The notes beneath the pieces were generated by a model that was given only the letters and a program-made list of their open reading frames with translations, had not been told where the DNA came from and searched no databases. Below, in pieces: positions 49,401-58,500 of a stretch of 64,000 nucleotides of DNA. Position 1 is the first letter of the stretch; each line of letters opens with the position of its first letter. Source of the stretch: Kiritimatiellia bacterium (lineage in GTDB: Bacteria > Verrucomicrobiota > Kiritimatiellia > JAAZAB01); assembly GCA_040767085.1 (NCBI GenBank), contig JAXGPF010000007.1, positions 64,001 through 128,000 on the forward strand. The letters run 5' to 3'. The position numbers and the translations under genes are program-made.

Positions 49401-52400
49401 TGTCGGCAGCAGCAATCGCCTCTACTCCTTTAATAGCGCCAGCGGGATCACCAACTGGGCCTGCCCGGTGGACGGCATGGTTACTTCCTCCCCCGCCATA
49501 GACAACAACGGCAATATTTACGTGGCCGATAGCATCTATCTTTACTCGTTCGCAGCGGCCGGCCAGACCAACTGGAAATTTGAGTTGGACGATTATATCA
49601 GCCACCATTCGCCGCTCATCGGCACGGACGGCACAATTTACATGACGGATTTGTCCGGCTTGTATGCCGTTTACGGGCCGGCGCCCTTGAACCAGTCGTC
49701 GCCCTGGGCTACTTTCAGCCATGATGTGCTGCGCACCGGCAATGCCGGGTTTGATCCGCGCCGGTATGCCGCGCCCACCGGCGTGACCGCCTCCGATGGC
49801 ACATACCCCGAAAGTGTCGCCGTCAGTTGGAACGCCATTCCCAACGTCATCTATTACGAAGTCTGGCGCTCCACCACCAATGACACAGCCACCGCCGAAC
49901 CCCACCTCCGTTTGACCAGAACCAATTTCATGGATACGGCCATCATCCCGGGCGAAGTCTATTATTACTGGCTTAAGGCCAAAACCCATGTGGTGCTGGA
50001 GAGCGACTTCAGCGCCGGCGATTCCGGCGGCTCCCCGCCCATCAGGCCGCAGGCCGTTACTGCCTCCAAGGGCGTGCCGACCAACTATGTGCATGTAACA
50101 TGGCAACCGTCGGAACGCGCCGTGAGTTACGACATCTACCGGTCCTTCTACAACGACACCGGCACGGCGGAAATCGTCACGACGGTCGCCGGTACGAATT
50201 TCGACGATCATGCCGTCCTGGCCTTCCCCGGGCGCGCGCATTATTACTGGGTCACCGCCGCCAATGCCATTGACTGGCACAGCCCGTTCAGCGCGGGTGA
50301 TGGCGCCGCCAATGCCGGCGGGATTCCGCCCAACATGCCGATGAACCTGACGGCCGGCAAAGGTTTGACTTCCACTAATGTGCCGCTGGCCTGGGATGCC
50401 GCTCATTACGATGTGACCTCTTATGTCATCTACCGGCATACTGACCCCGACCATTCGAATGCCGTGCCCATCGCCACCAACGGCGCGGTTACCTTCTACA
50501 ACGACCGCGGTACCGTGCCGTTCAAGACCAACTATTACTGGGTCAGGGCCACCAACCAATACGGCTTCAGCGGCTACAGCGCCATGGATTCCGGGTACAC
50601 AAAGCTGCTGCCGCCCTTGTCCGTCACCGCCTCGGTGGAACTCACCAACCGGGTGTATGTCACCTGGGCGATTGAATCGACCAACGCCACCAGTTACAGC
50701 ATTTACCGCGGCGTCACCACCAACCCGGCGGAAGCGGTCGAACTGGCCTCGGTCCCCTATCTTGGCCCGGCTGACACCAACTTCACCGATTTCAGCATCA
50801 CCCTGGGCAGCGAGTATTATTACTTCGCCCGCGCAGGCAATGATTACGGGCACAGCGGTTTCAGCCCGCCCTCGCAACCGGGCGGCACTTTCCCGCTGCC
50901 GCCGACCACCCTCGAAGCCTCAGACGGCACCTACCCCGACATTATTCGGGTCACTTGGAATCCTTCACCCTCGCCGGGAACGCTTGGGTACAATGTTTAT
51001 CGCGCCACGACATTCGACCCGAAATACGCCACACTGATCGGCGCCGCCAGCATCTGCGCCTTCAATGACGTAAATAGCGATTCCGGCCGGCGCTACTATT
51101 ACTGGGCAGCCGCCACCAACCGACTGGGCCAGAGCAAGTTCAGCGGCTTGACTTCCGGTTGGCGGCCAATGCCCGCCCCGGCATCCATCTCCGCTACCGT
51201 CGGCACTTCCACCAGCGGCATCACGGTGGCCTGGAGTTCCGTACCGAATGCCGACCGCTATGAAATCTGGCGCAACACCAGCAACGCGTCCAACACGGCC
51301 GAAAAAGTTCAGAATTCCTGGCCGACGATTTCGTACCATGACACCGAAGTGCCCTCCGGCATCCGGCACTATTACTGGGTCAAGGCCAAAAACAGCGAAT
51401 TTGCCAGCATTTTCAGCCGCTCGGCCAACGGATACCGCTCGGAAGGCCCCGCGGACCTGGCCGCGCGTTCTCTGACCTGTCATCCCAGCGTGCTGGCTCC
51501 CGGAGCGCATCCGGAAGCGCTGGGCTTTGAATTCGCCAACCTCGGCCCCAACAGTATGCCTGCATCCAATGCGCGCATCACCGCTGAATTTTACCTGTCC
51601 CCCACGGCTTCCTTCAATCCCGCCACGGCCAAAACGATGGGCACACTGCAATTGAACCTGCCGGTGAACGCGGGCCGCACCCGCGCTTATACGCTGAACG
51701 CCGGCGACCTGGCTCAACTGACCGTCCCGCAGGTGACTTTCGGGAATTACTATCTCTTTCTTTTCATTAACCACGTTCCGCCCTCCACCTGGAGCGACCC
51801 TTACCTGGGCAACAATCGCATCCGCCGCGCCGGCAACCCGCTGGTCATCAATGCCACTGGCGGCGGCAAGCAAGCATGGAACGACTACGATGGCGACGGC
51901 AAGTCCGACCCGGCCGTTTACCGCGCCGCGGACGGGCGCTGGCGGGTCTGGATGTCGGGATTGGGCTACGCGGAAATTACCGCGGACGGCATGGGCGGCC
52001 CGGATTACCTGCCCGTGCCGGCAGATTATGACAAGGACGGCAAAACCGACCCGGCCGTTTACCGCGCCGCGGACGGGCGTTGGCGCGCCTGGCTCTCCCG
52101 TTCCAATTACGCCGAGGCATCCGGCGCGGGTATGGGCGCTCCGGATTACATGGCAGTTCCAGGCGATTATGACGGCGACGGCAAGGCGGATCCGGCAGTC
52201 TATCGCGCCGCGGATGGACGCTGGCGCATCTGGCGTTCGGGGTTCGATTACGCCGAAACGTCCTACCAGCGCGGCGGACTGGGCACTACTCCTACTCCCG
52301 GCGCCTATGATTATGACGCCAAAACCGATCCCGCGGTGTATAATATGAATGCCGCCAGCTGGCGTATCTGGCTTTCCGCTTATGATTACGCCGAGCATAA

Positions 52401-52734
52401 CGTCAATCAATGGGGCGGCGCGAGCTTGATGCCCGCGCCCGGTGATTACAACGGCGACGGTCTGACGGACCTGGCCATTTACCATGCCGCCATGGGATAC
52501 TGGTTCGTCAATGACATCAATGGACAGCAGATCATCTGGGGCGTATACTGGGGCGGCGCCGACTTCCATCCCGTACCCGGCGATTATGACGGCGACGGCA
52601 CCATGGACCTGGCAGTTTATCATATCGCTTCAGGACAATGGTTTGTTCAGACCGTCGCGGGCGGGATTCTCGCCTACGGCGTGACCCTGGGCGGACCGGA
52701 TTACATTCCCGCCGGCAAATGCAACGGATTTTAA
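46462..52734 (+). CDS. Giant secreted surface protein: SBBP beta-propeller, PQQ-like propeller, FN3 repeats, C-terminal FG-GAP/VCBS repeats
   Basis: Signal peptide; FILNQGQ...IDP N-domain; repeated T(F/Y)LGG..D/IY.AG.T.S; SSPAI..NGTIY repeats; YYYWV.A.N repeats; DYDGDGK.DPAVY repeats. Confidence 0.9.
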   Translation: MKRSANGAEIALQKSSRLIWFTALLWCLAAAQASPAPALPASPRPDLPFILNQGQVADDSVLFHTRTFSGAAFVKKNGAIVYTIAGAARPDASGQAVRALAVIEEMLLGARNIQPAGVEPASARINFLLGSPEQWRLDTPSFHAVNLPEVYEGVELELRAHANNIEKIFTIAPGADPAQIRMQLSGIEQLSVNDRGELVARSALGDIRFTKPVAWQETGATRRQSVEVAYAVDGVSFGFQLGAYDPARPLMIDPLLAGTFIGGSGADVMSAMAQDEAGNIYAAGYTDSALDFPMAPGATTNYQGGLYDAVVVKFDPQLTELLAATFLGGSGQDQAWGMAYNSANNAIYVGGSTDSSNFMGYASLGSLDGFVVKLNTSLQTPSVMRMGGSSNETIRALGARNNKIYAAGETASTNFNLVVNGGLQPPIQGDLRGATNAFAAVLDQNFNVSASGATYLGGNAADAALALAVDGNGALILAGRTSSTNFPTFGASPQKTIGGGGNDAFIAKISSNFLTLQAGTYLGGNGIDYANAVAVDISNNIYVAGFTFSSGGFPTNNMFGTTYRANVIDGGDIFLTRLNSAISTFQASTYFGGSGRDEALSLTVISDTNRTDVLFAGSTYSLPSSFTITPNVDQTNNNGLGDVCLVKFRNTLTNNSLLASTFLGGAANDTPSAIMVDAATNSIYLAGATTSSNFPLPGFGCQNANAGGASDGFIVRMNIAMKFGSLKWKYDIEDPFNDIFGLPTMGWDGTLYVAGGPYLYAVNPDGTFKWKFTSSHGSFTPPIGEASYGMGSTPAVDTNGNIYICASYDTDNRMYLYCISPTGSMNWVCPPAGYGMEGFPMYSSPAIAADGTVYVNGINGALYGVDANGTITYTNSTMHGSAQGSPAIATNGIVYSLALHPIDGSTLYAIQNNTVLWTNLFPASASGGRSSPAIGTNGTIYVCAGNNLYAVGTNGSTLRTWKTPNVIYSSPAIDSNGMIYVGSSNRLYSFNSASGITNWACPVDGMVTSSPAIDNNGNIYVADSIYLYSFAAAGQTNWKFELDDYISHHSPLIGTDGTIYMTDLSGLYAVYGPAPLNQSSPWATFSHDVLRTGNAGFDPRRYAAPTGVTASDGTYPESVAVSWNAIPNVIYYEVWRSTTNDTATAEPHLRLTRTNFMDTAIIPGEVYYYWLKAKTHVVLESDFSAGDSGGSPPIRPQAVTASKGVPTNYVHVTWQPSERAVSYDIYRSFYNDTGTAEIVTTVAGTNFDDHAVLAFPGRAHYYWVTAANAIDWHSPFSAGDGAANAGGIPPNMPMNLTAGKGLTSTNVPLAWDAAHYDVTSYVIYRHTDPDHSNAVPIATNGAVTFYNDRGTVPFKTNYYWVRATNQYGFSGYSAMDSGYTKLLPPLSVTASVELTNRVYVTWAIESTNATSYSIYRGVTTNPAEAVELASVPYLGPADTNFTDFSITLGSEYYYFARAGNDYGHSGFSPPSQPGGTFPLPPTTLEASDGTYPDIIRVTWNPSPSPGTLGYNVYRATTFDPKYATLIGAASICAFNDVNSDSGRRYYYWAAATNRLGQSKFSGLTSGWRPMPAPASISATVGTSTSGITVAWSSVPNADRYEIWRNTSNASNTAEKVQNSWPTISYHDTEVPSGIRHYYWVKAKNSEFASIFSRSANGYRSEGPADLAARSLTCHPSVLAPGAHPEALGFEFANLGPNSMPASNARITAEFYLSPTASFNPATAKTMGTLQLNLPVNAGRTRAYTLNAGDLAQLTVPQVTFGNYYLFLFINHVPPSTWSDPYLGNNRIRRAGNPLVINATGGGKQAWNDYDGDGKSDPAVYRAADGRWRVWMSGLGYAEITADGMGGPDYLPVPADYDKDGKTDPAVYRAADGRWRAWLSRSNYAEASGAGMGAPDYMAVPGDYDGDGKADPAVYRAADGRWRIWRSGFDYAETSYQRGGLGTTPTPGAYDYDAKTDPAVYNMNAASWRIWLSAYDYAEHNVNQWGGASLMPAPGDYNGDGLTDLAIYHAAMGYWFVNDINGQQIIWGVYWGGADFHPVPGDYDGDGTMDLAVYHIASGQWFVQTVAGGILAYGVTLGGPDYIPAGKCNGF

Positions 52735-52953
52735 AATTTATTACCGCCAAGAACGCGAAGACCGCAAAGTGGGAGGCCAGGCTCACTCATAAACAGCAAA
52801 GCAATGGGTCCAATTTCAAAAGTCTTGACCGTCGTGTTAGCCGGCCCTCCAGGAACACAAAAGCCACAGGTTTTTGGAGGGTTGGTTTACGCCCCAACCG
52901 TTCTGTGCGGACTTTTGAAATTAATTCAGTAATTATTACGCAATCTTACATCG

Positions 52954-53007
52954 GTAGGGCGCGCAGTCCCTTGCGCGCCGCGGCGGCCAAGGGACTGGCC
53001 GCCCTAC
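52954..53007. repeat. GTAG-type REP doublet (REPIN-like)
   Basis: GTAGGGCGCGCAGTCCCTTGCGCGCCG followed by inverted CGGCGGCCAAGGGACTGGCCGCCCTAC; relatives at 46039-46063, 54105-54131, 62132-62158 and 62184-62209. Confidence 0.85.
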
Positions 53008-53062
53008 ACATTCATCAATCATCGTCCAGTCTATTATGAGAAGATTAATAAACGCATTGTCC

Positions 53063-54046
53063 ATGAACTCCATGAATAAATTATTGCCGGCTTCGCGCCC
53101 TTCGCGCCCTTTGCGGTTCATTTCCGCCTTCACTCTCGTGGAACTGATGGTCGTGCTGGCCATTATTGCCGCGCTGATGCTCCTGATGGTGCCCAATGTC
53201 CGCCGGCACCAGGCTCGGGCCCGCTCCACTCAATGCCAGAATAATCTCCGCCAATACGGCATCGCCATGGCGCAGTACCTGACTGACTGGAACGGGTATT
53301 TCATTTTTCCAGGCGGCGCCGGCGCGGGCGGCATCGGTCGTGTCAAAACCAGCGCCGATTTTGACGCCAGTGGCTATCATGACAAATCATCATACGGCGC
53401 ACGCGCCGGCAGCGGCGAAGGGCATAGTTGGGGCGATTTTGTAGCCTTATATGTGCCGGCCCCTGAAATCACCGGCGAATTCCTGCGGTCCGGACAGAAT
53501 TGCGTCCGTATCTGTCCGGAGGTCACCCGCGAAGTCTTTTTGCCGGGGGATCCCAAGCACAAGGGCTATAGCACCGTAACCAATGCATTATTAGGAGAAC
53601 TCACTTTAACTGATTTTGAAATTGATGTTTCTTCTTCCACTAATCTCTACCAGAGTTCCAGCGAAGTGTATTTTGAGGATTACTTCACTACTTACGGGAT
53701 CAACAAGATGCGTTCCGGCGAGAAAGGCCAAGCCGGAACTTTCGTGGCTTATCAACGGTTGAGCTCCAATATTCCCAGCCGCGTGGTGGCCTTTATTGAT
53801 TGGAATGCCGAAGAAGGCTGGGGGGCAAACATTGTGCCGACTGAAAATGTCTGGCAATTCGACGGCTCAAACCGCCTTGGCATCGCGGTAAAACAAGGCG
53901 ATCCCAAGGATGGCGATTGGTGGCACACCGAAATCGGTTTCTATCATCCCGGCAAGTCCAACGACCTGGTGGCGAATTACGTGGCCATGGATGGCAGCGT
54001 CCACAGCGTCAGTTCCAACGAAATCTCAACTAATTTTTTCCGCTAA
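53063..54046 (+). CDS. Prepilin-type N-terminal cleavage/methylation protein with H-X9-DG-like C-terminus
   Basis: AFTLVELMVVLAIIAAL; ARSTQCQNNLRQYGIA; HPGKSNDLVANYVAMDGSV. Confidence 0.9.
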   Translation: MNSMNKLLPASRPSRPLRFISAFTLVELMVVLAIIAALMLLMVPNVRRHQARARSTQCQNNLRQYGIAMAQYLTDWNGYFIFPGGAGAGGIGRVKTSADFDASGYHDKSSYGARAGSGEGHSWGDFVALYVPAPEITGEFLRSGQNCVRICPEVTREVFLPGDPKHKGYSTVTNALLGELTLTDFEIDVSSSTNLYQSSSEVYFEDYFTTYGINKMRSGEKGQAGTFVAYQRLSSNIPSRVVAFIDWNAEEGWGANIVPTENVWQFDGSNRLGIAVKQGDPKDGDWWHTEIGFYHPGKSNDLVANYVAMDGSVHSVSSNEISTNFFR

Positions 54047-54218
54047 CCATGTTTTGGCAGGGCGGGCTGCGCTGGCGGCAATGCGCCCTACCTTTTATCC
54101 GGAACGGCGCGCAAGGGACTGCGCGCCCTACCTTCTAATTGCCCGACACCTACCCGCCACAAAATACTGTTGCCTTTCAGCCGGGAACTACTACAATTTG
54201 ATTTGCGGGAGGGAACTT

Positions 54219-54965
54219 ATGAAACATACATTCTACAAATTCAGATCCAACGCATTCACCCTGATCGAACTGCTGGTGGTGCTGGTGGTGATATCCATCC
54301 TGGTGGCCATTACCGTGCCGGTCTCCAAGTATGCTTCTCAAAGGGCGAAAAACGCGCAGTTCGAGGTGCAGATGGCGAAAATCAAAAACGCCCTCGAGGA
54401 TTATCGCGCAAAATACGGCGAATATCCCATCACCACTAATTTTGAAACATATACGCCATCCGGCAACACAATTATAACCAATTCGGACCCACAGAACATG
54501 GATGATGTCTGGCGGCATTATCCCCAAGTATATACTACTTTATGCCATGAAGTTTACGAAAGAACCAAGTCCGATGAATTATACAAGTCGCCTGACACCT
54601 ATATAATCATTGATCAGAATATTCAAACAAACTGGCCGACTGTTGAGATCATCGAAGGCGTCCGCGTGGATTACGCCTTAACCTATCCGTTGATCTTGAA
54701 GCCCCTGGCTAACGGCGAACAGCCCTACCTGGGCGATGGCGAAGAAACGCTGTTGACCGTTGTCTCGCTGATAAGCAAGTCCATGCCCAGAAAAGACGCC
54801 GACTTAGTATTTTACTCCCGCAAAAAAGACGGCTCTCTGCGCAAGTCTATAGGCAAGCGCCGCTACGGCTGGCCCATCAACCGGCATTTTATTTTCGACC
54901 CGCGCAATGGCAAACAGATCAAGTACACCTCCGACGGGTTGAATTATTCCATCACGAATTGGTAA
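54219..54965 (+). CDS. Prepilin / pseudopilin-type protein
   Basis: AFTLIELLVVLVVISIL; ALEDYRAKYGEYP. Confidence 0.9.
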   Translation: MKHTFYKFRSNAFTLIELLVVLVVISILVAITVPVSKYASQRAKNAQFEVQMAKIKNALEDYRAKYGEYPITTNFETYTPSGNTIITNSDPQNMDDVWRHYPQVYTTLCHEVYERTKSDELYKSPDTYIIIDQNIQTNWPTVEIIEGVRVDYALTYPLILKPLANGEQPYLGDGEETLLTVVSLISKSMPRKDADLVFYSRKKDGSLRKSIGKRRYGWPINRHFIFDPRNGKQIKYTSDGLNYSITNW

Positions 54966-54986
54966 CAGAAAGGATCCCGGCTCGCT

Positions 54987-55508
54987 ATGAATCGTGCCCA
55001 TGCCAATCCCCTCCGCGCCGGTTTTACGCTTTTGGAACTGCTGGTCACGGTGTCCATCCTGGCGATCCTGATGGGATTGATTGTCCCGGTATTTTCGCAC
55101 ATGAAGCAGAACGCCCGCATCGCCGCCGATAAAGTCACCGCCAAAAACCTGGAAACCGCTTTCCGCGCTTACCTGGATCATTACAGCACTTGGCCGAGTT
55201 CCATCGGCGCGAATGAAAAAAATATTGAAGGCGATTTATATGAAATGCTCCGCGGCGATAAAGGCCCCTATAACCAGGATGGCATCAATTTCTACGAGTT
55301 TTCCAATACCAATACCGGCGACAAAGCCGTGGATTCTTTCTGGGATCCGAACGAACCCGATAATGAACGCGTTTTCCGTGCCCAGTTCGATCATGATTAC
55401 GACAATACCATCAGCCACGCCGGCGGCGATATTCAACGCCCGGTGATCGTTTGGGGCGTGGGGCCGGATGGCAAAAACGGCACGGCGGACGATATCACCA
55501 GTTGGTGA
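54987..55508 (+). CDS. GspG-like pseudopilin
   Basis: GFTLLELLVTVSILAIL; C-terminal GPDGKNGTADDITSW. Confidence 0.88.
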   Translation: MNRAHANPLRAGFTLLELLVTVSILAILMGLIVPVFSHMKQNARIAADKVTAKNLETAFRAYLDHYSTWPSSIGANEKNIEGDLYEMLRGDKGPYNQDGINFYEFSNTNTGDKAVDSFWDPNEPDNERVFRAQFDHDYDNTISHAGGDIQRPVIVWGVGPDGKNGTADDITSW

Positions 55509-55536
55509 TTGGCTCGCGGCTCATATTCCTGTTGCT

Positions 55537-58500
55537 TTAAATTGAGCCGCTGACTGCATTCTCTCCGGCATCCGGCAGCGGCTGGTAATCCCAGGGCAAG
55601 TCCGGTTCGAAATAAAACTCCGGCCGGCCCAGCGCAAAAAATGGCGGCAAATTGACGGCTCGCACGCGCCGGTTGTGTTCCGGCTCTAACCGCCAGAGGC
55701 CGGGCCGGTCGCCCGGCAAATCCACCCAGCCGCTCAGCACCGCGCCGCCGCGCCAGGGCAGCCCGGCGGGATCGAAAAAGCGCGCGCCGCCTTCCACCAG
55801 CAGGCGCGGCTGGCGCGCCGGATCGGATTCCGGCAACAGCCGGAAATACACCGGCAGGGCCGGTCGTAAATCCGGCAACCGCCAACCTTGCGGCGCATAA
55901 ATCACCAGCGGCAACGGCTGGTCGGCCAATACCAGGTGAAAACCCGGCAAGGCGGAGGCAATCGCATAATCCACTCCGGGCGCTGCCAGCGGTAAATGCA
56001 CCCGGGCCATCCCGCGCTGCGGCTCGGAGACGGTTACCTGGTCGCTGCCCGGGCGGCCGCCTGTCAGCGGCCAGACGGTTAAACGGCCCCCTATCGTTGG
56101 CCCGTTGGTTGCGGATTGAATGCCCACATCCACCGGGCGCCCGTGCGGCTTGCGGAGCGCAATCCGGCAGGGCTGGTCGCAAGCGTCAAAAGCGAGCCAG
56201 GCAGGAGTCGGCGTTTGCGCCGCCAAGTGCCGTTCGAGCACATCCATCATCATGGGCATGCCCGCCATGGCCGAAAACATATCCGGCGGGTGGATTTCGC
56301 CAGCCGCGGCATCGACTTGCGCACAAGCCCGGCGCATCTGGAAATCCAGCGCCGCGGCAATGTCGGAGCGCCGGGTTTCGTCATAAAAAAACACGCCCAA
56401 CCGCCCCAGTGACGCCGACATCGAATCGTTGGGCAAGACGCCAAGTCCCGTGTTCCACACATAATCGCCCAGCCGGCGGGCCATGGCCCGGTAACGCGGC
56501 GCGCCGGTAATTTCCCAGGCATCCAGCAAGGCGCCGGCATCTTCGTTGAGCATGTGATAGCTGCCGCTGCATTCCAGGCGCGGCCGGCGCTTGGCGAGGC
56601 CGGTATCCGCCGCGGGATTATGGACCAGGCGCCCGACCTCATGCGCCAGGAAACGCAATTCAGGATCCCAATCGCAGGCATAGGCCTGCGCCAGAACTTT
56701 CAGCGTCATCAGGACACGGCCGCCGGAAACCTGCCGCCGGTCATTGAGCAATTCCTCAGTGGATATCGCCGGGCGCCAGCAGGCTTTCAACCCCTCGCCA
56801 AAGGCGCGCCAGGCATCCGCGCCGCGGCGGCAACCGCCGATCTGATACAGCCATTGAAACTGCAGCAGGTCGGTTGCCCCGCCCGCAATACAAGCGGTGC
56901 GATCGCCCCAGTAAAACGGCAGACCGCCGGCGCCCATGTCCAAAGTTGCGGCCTGACCGGCGTTATAGAGGCCGGGCGTTTTGCGCGGGGCCTGCCAATG
57001 GCACAGGCCATGATCAAGATAAGCGCGGGTAGCGGCTTCGACAAAATCACGCAAATCCCGGTGCCAGTCGCGGACGCAAGCCAGCCACAGGTCCCGGCGC
57101 AGGATGTAGTCACGGTCAGGCGCCGCGACACTGGAACCCGGGCTGTGGAAATAATTCACGAATCCATACCAGCCGTCGGCGGCCGATCCGCCTGGCAGGC
57201 GGCTGCGCCAGAGCGACTCGATCATTGCTTCCGCCGCGGTATATTTGTCCGGGTGCCGCGGATATACGGCGCCCATCGTCCGCGACTGGTAAATCCAATC
57301 CGGGGCCGCCTGGGCATAAACGGGGAAGGCCAGCAAATGGGACAATCGCGCCGCGGCCGCGGGCAGCGCTTCCGGCAATTGCGCCGGCGCCAGCGGCGCG
57401 ATCAGGATTTCATGGGTTTTGGCCCAACCGGCCGCCTGGATGTCCATTGCGGCAATCGCCTCCAGCGGATCGCGCGCATAAAGCTTGCGGTAACGCTCGC
57501 GCTGATCCGGCGGGTACCACGCCTCCAGGTTCCATTGGCGGACGAGCGTGTCCGCCCGGAAGTCCAGTTCTTCGCCTGCGCGGTTGCTGAAAAGGCGCAA
57601 CACCACGCGGTCAGGCCGGATTTCAAATTCCTTGGGATGCTGCCGCGCGCTTTCGCGGCAGGCCAGCATGAGACCGCCGGCGGGACCATCCAGCATGGCC
57701 CAGTCGCCCATTTCGGCGCCGGTATGAACCGCGGCCGGCGCCGCTTCGGCACTTTCATGCATTACCAGGCAATGATTGGTGCCACCGTAAATCCGGTAAT
57801 GACTGGCTTGCAGCATGTAGGCCGCGGCGCCGGGCGACGCCAATGGCAATACAACCACCCGGTCGGGATTGGCTCGTTCCACGCCGAAACTGGCCCGCGG
57901 CACGGCGGCGCCTCTGTCAGAGCCCGCGATGGAGGCGTCCAATTCCCACCCGATTTCCTTGAACCATGTGGTCCTGGTATCGGCGGAAAGCACCAGGGTA
58001 TGCGTAATCCTGGCCGCCGCCTGCCCGGCAAAAAATTCCAGGCGGGTGATATGACGCGCCAGCGGCGCCCCGCCGTGGGCTTCGTCGCGGTAATACCCCT
58101 CAAAACGCACACATGCCGCCACCGGCCCGCGCGCTTCGATTTGCATGGCGTTGTCCCGCGCCGCCTGGCCCAGGCGGCCATCCTGCGTCACGACATACAA
58201 TCCCCGGGATTGCGGCCCGCAAAAGGCCAGCCGCCGCCCATTCAAGAGGAACACTTCCTGCACCGGCGATTTTCCCGGTCCCAGCACGTAACGCGCCATA
58301 CCAGTATCCACCGTCACAGTCCCTTTTTTATCGAGCAGCCGCACCGGCATGGACGGGACCGCGCGGCTGGGCGAAAATTCCACGCGGCAGCCTTCCGGCG
58401 GGGACGCCAAAGCATCGAAGCGCACCCACTGGATGGCGCCATCTTCCGCCCACCGGCCCGTGATTTCCTTCTGGCATGACAGTTCCACACCCGCATCGTT

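Noticed and set aside
51880-52260. Diversity-generating retroelement TR/VR pair
   Set aside because: The repeats are in-frame tandem FG-GAP units, differences are not adenine-specific, and no reverse transcriptase is present.
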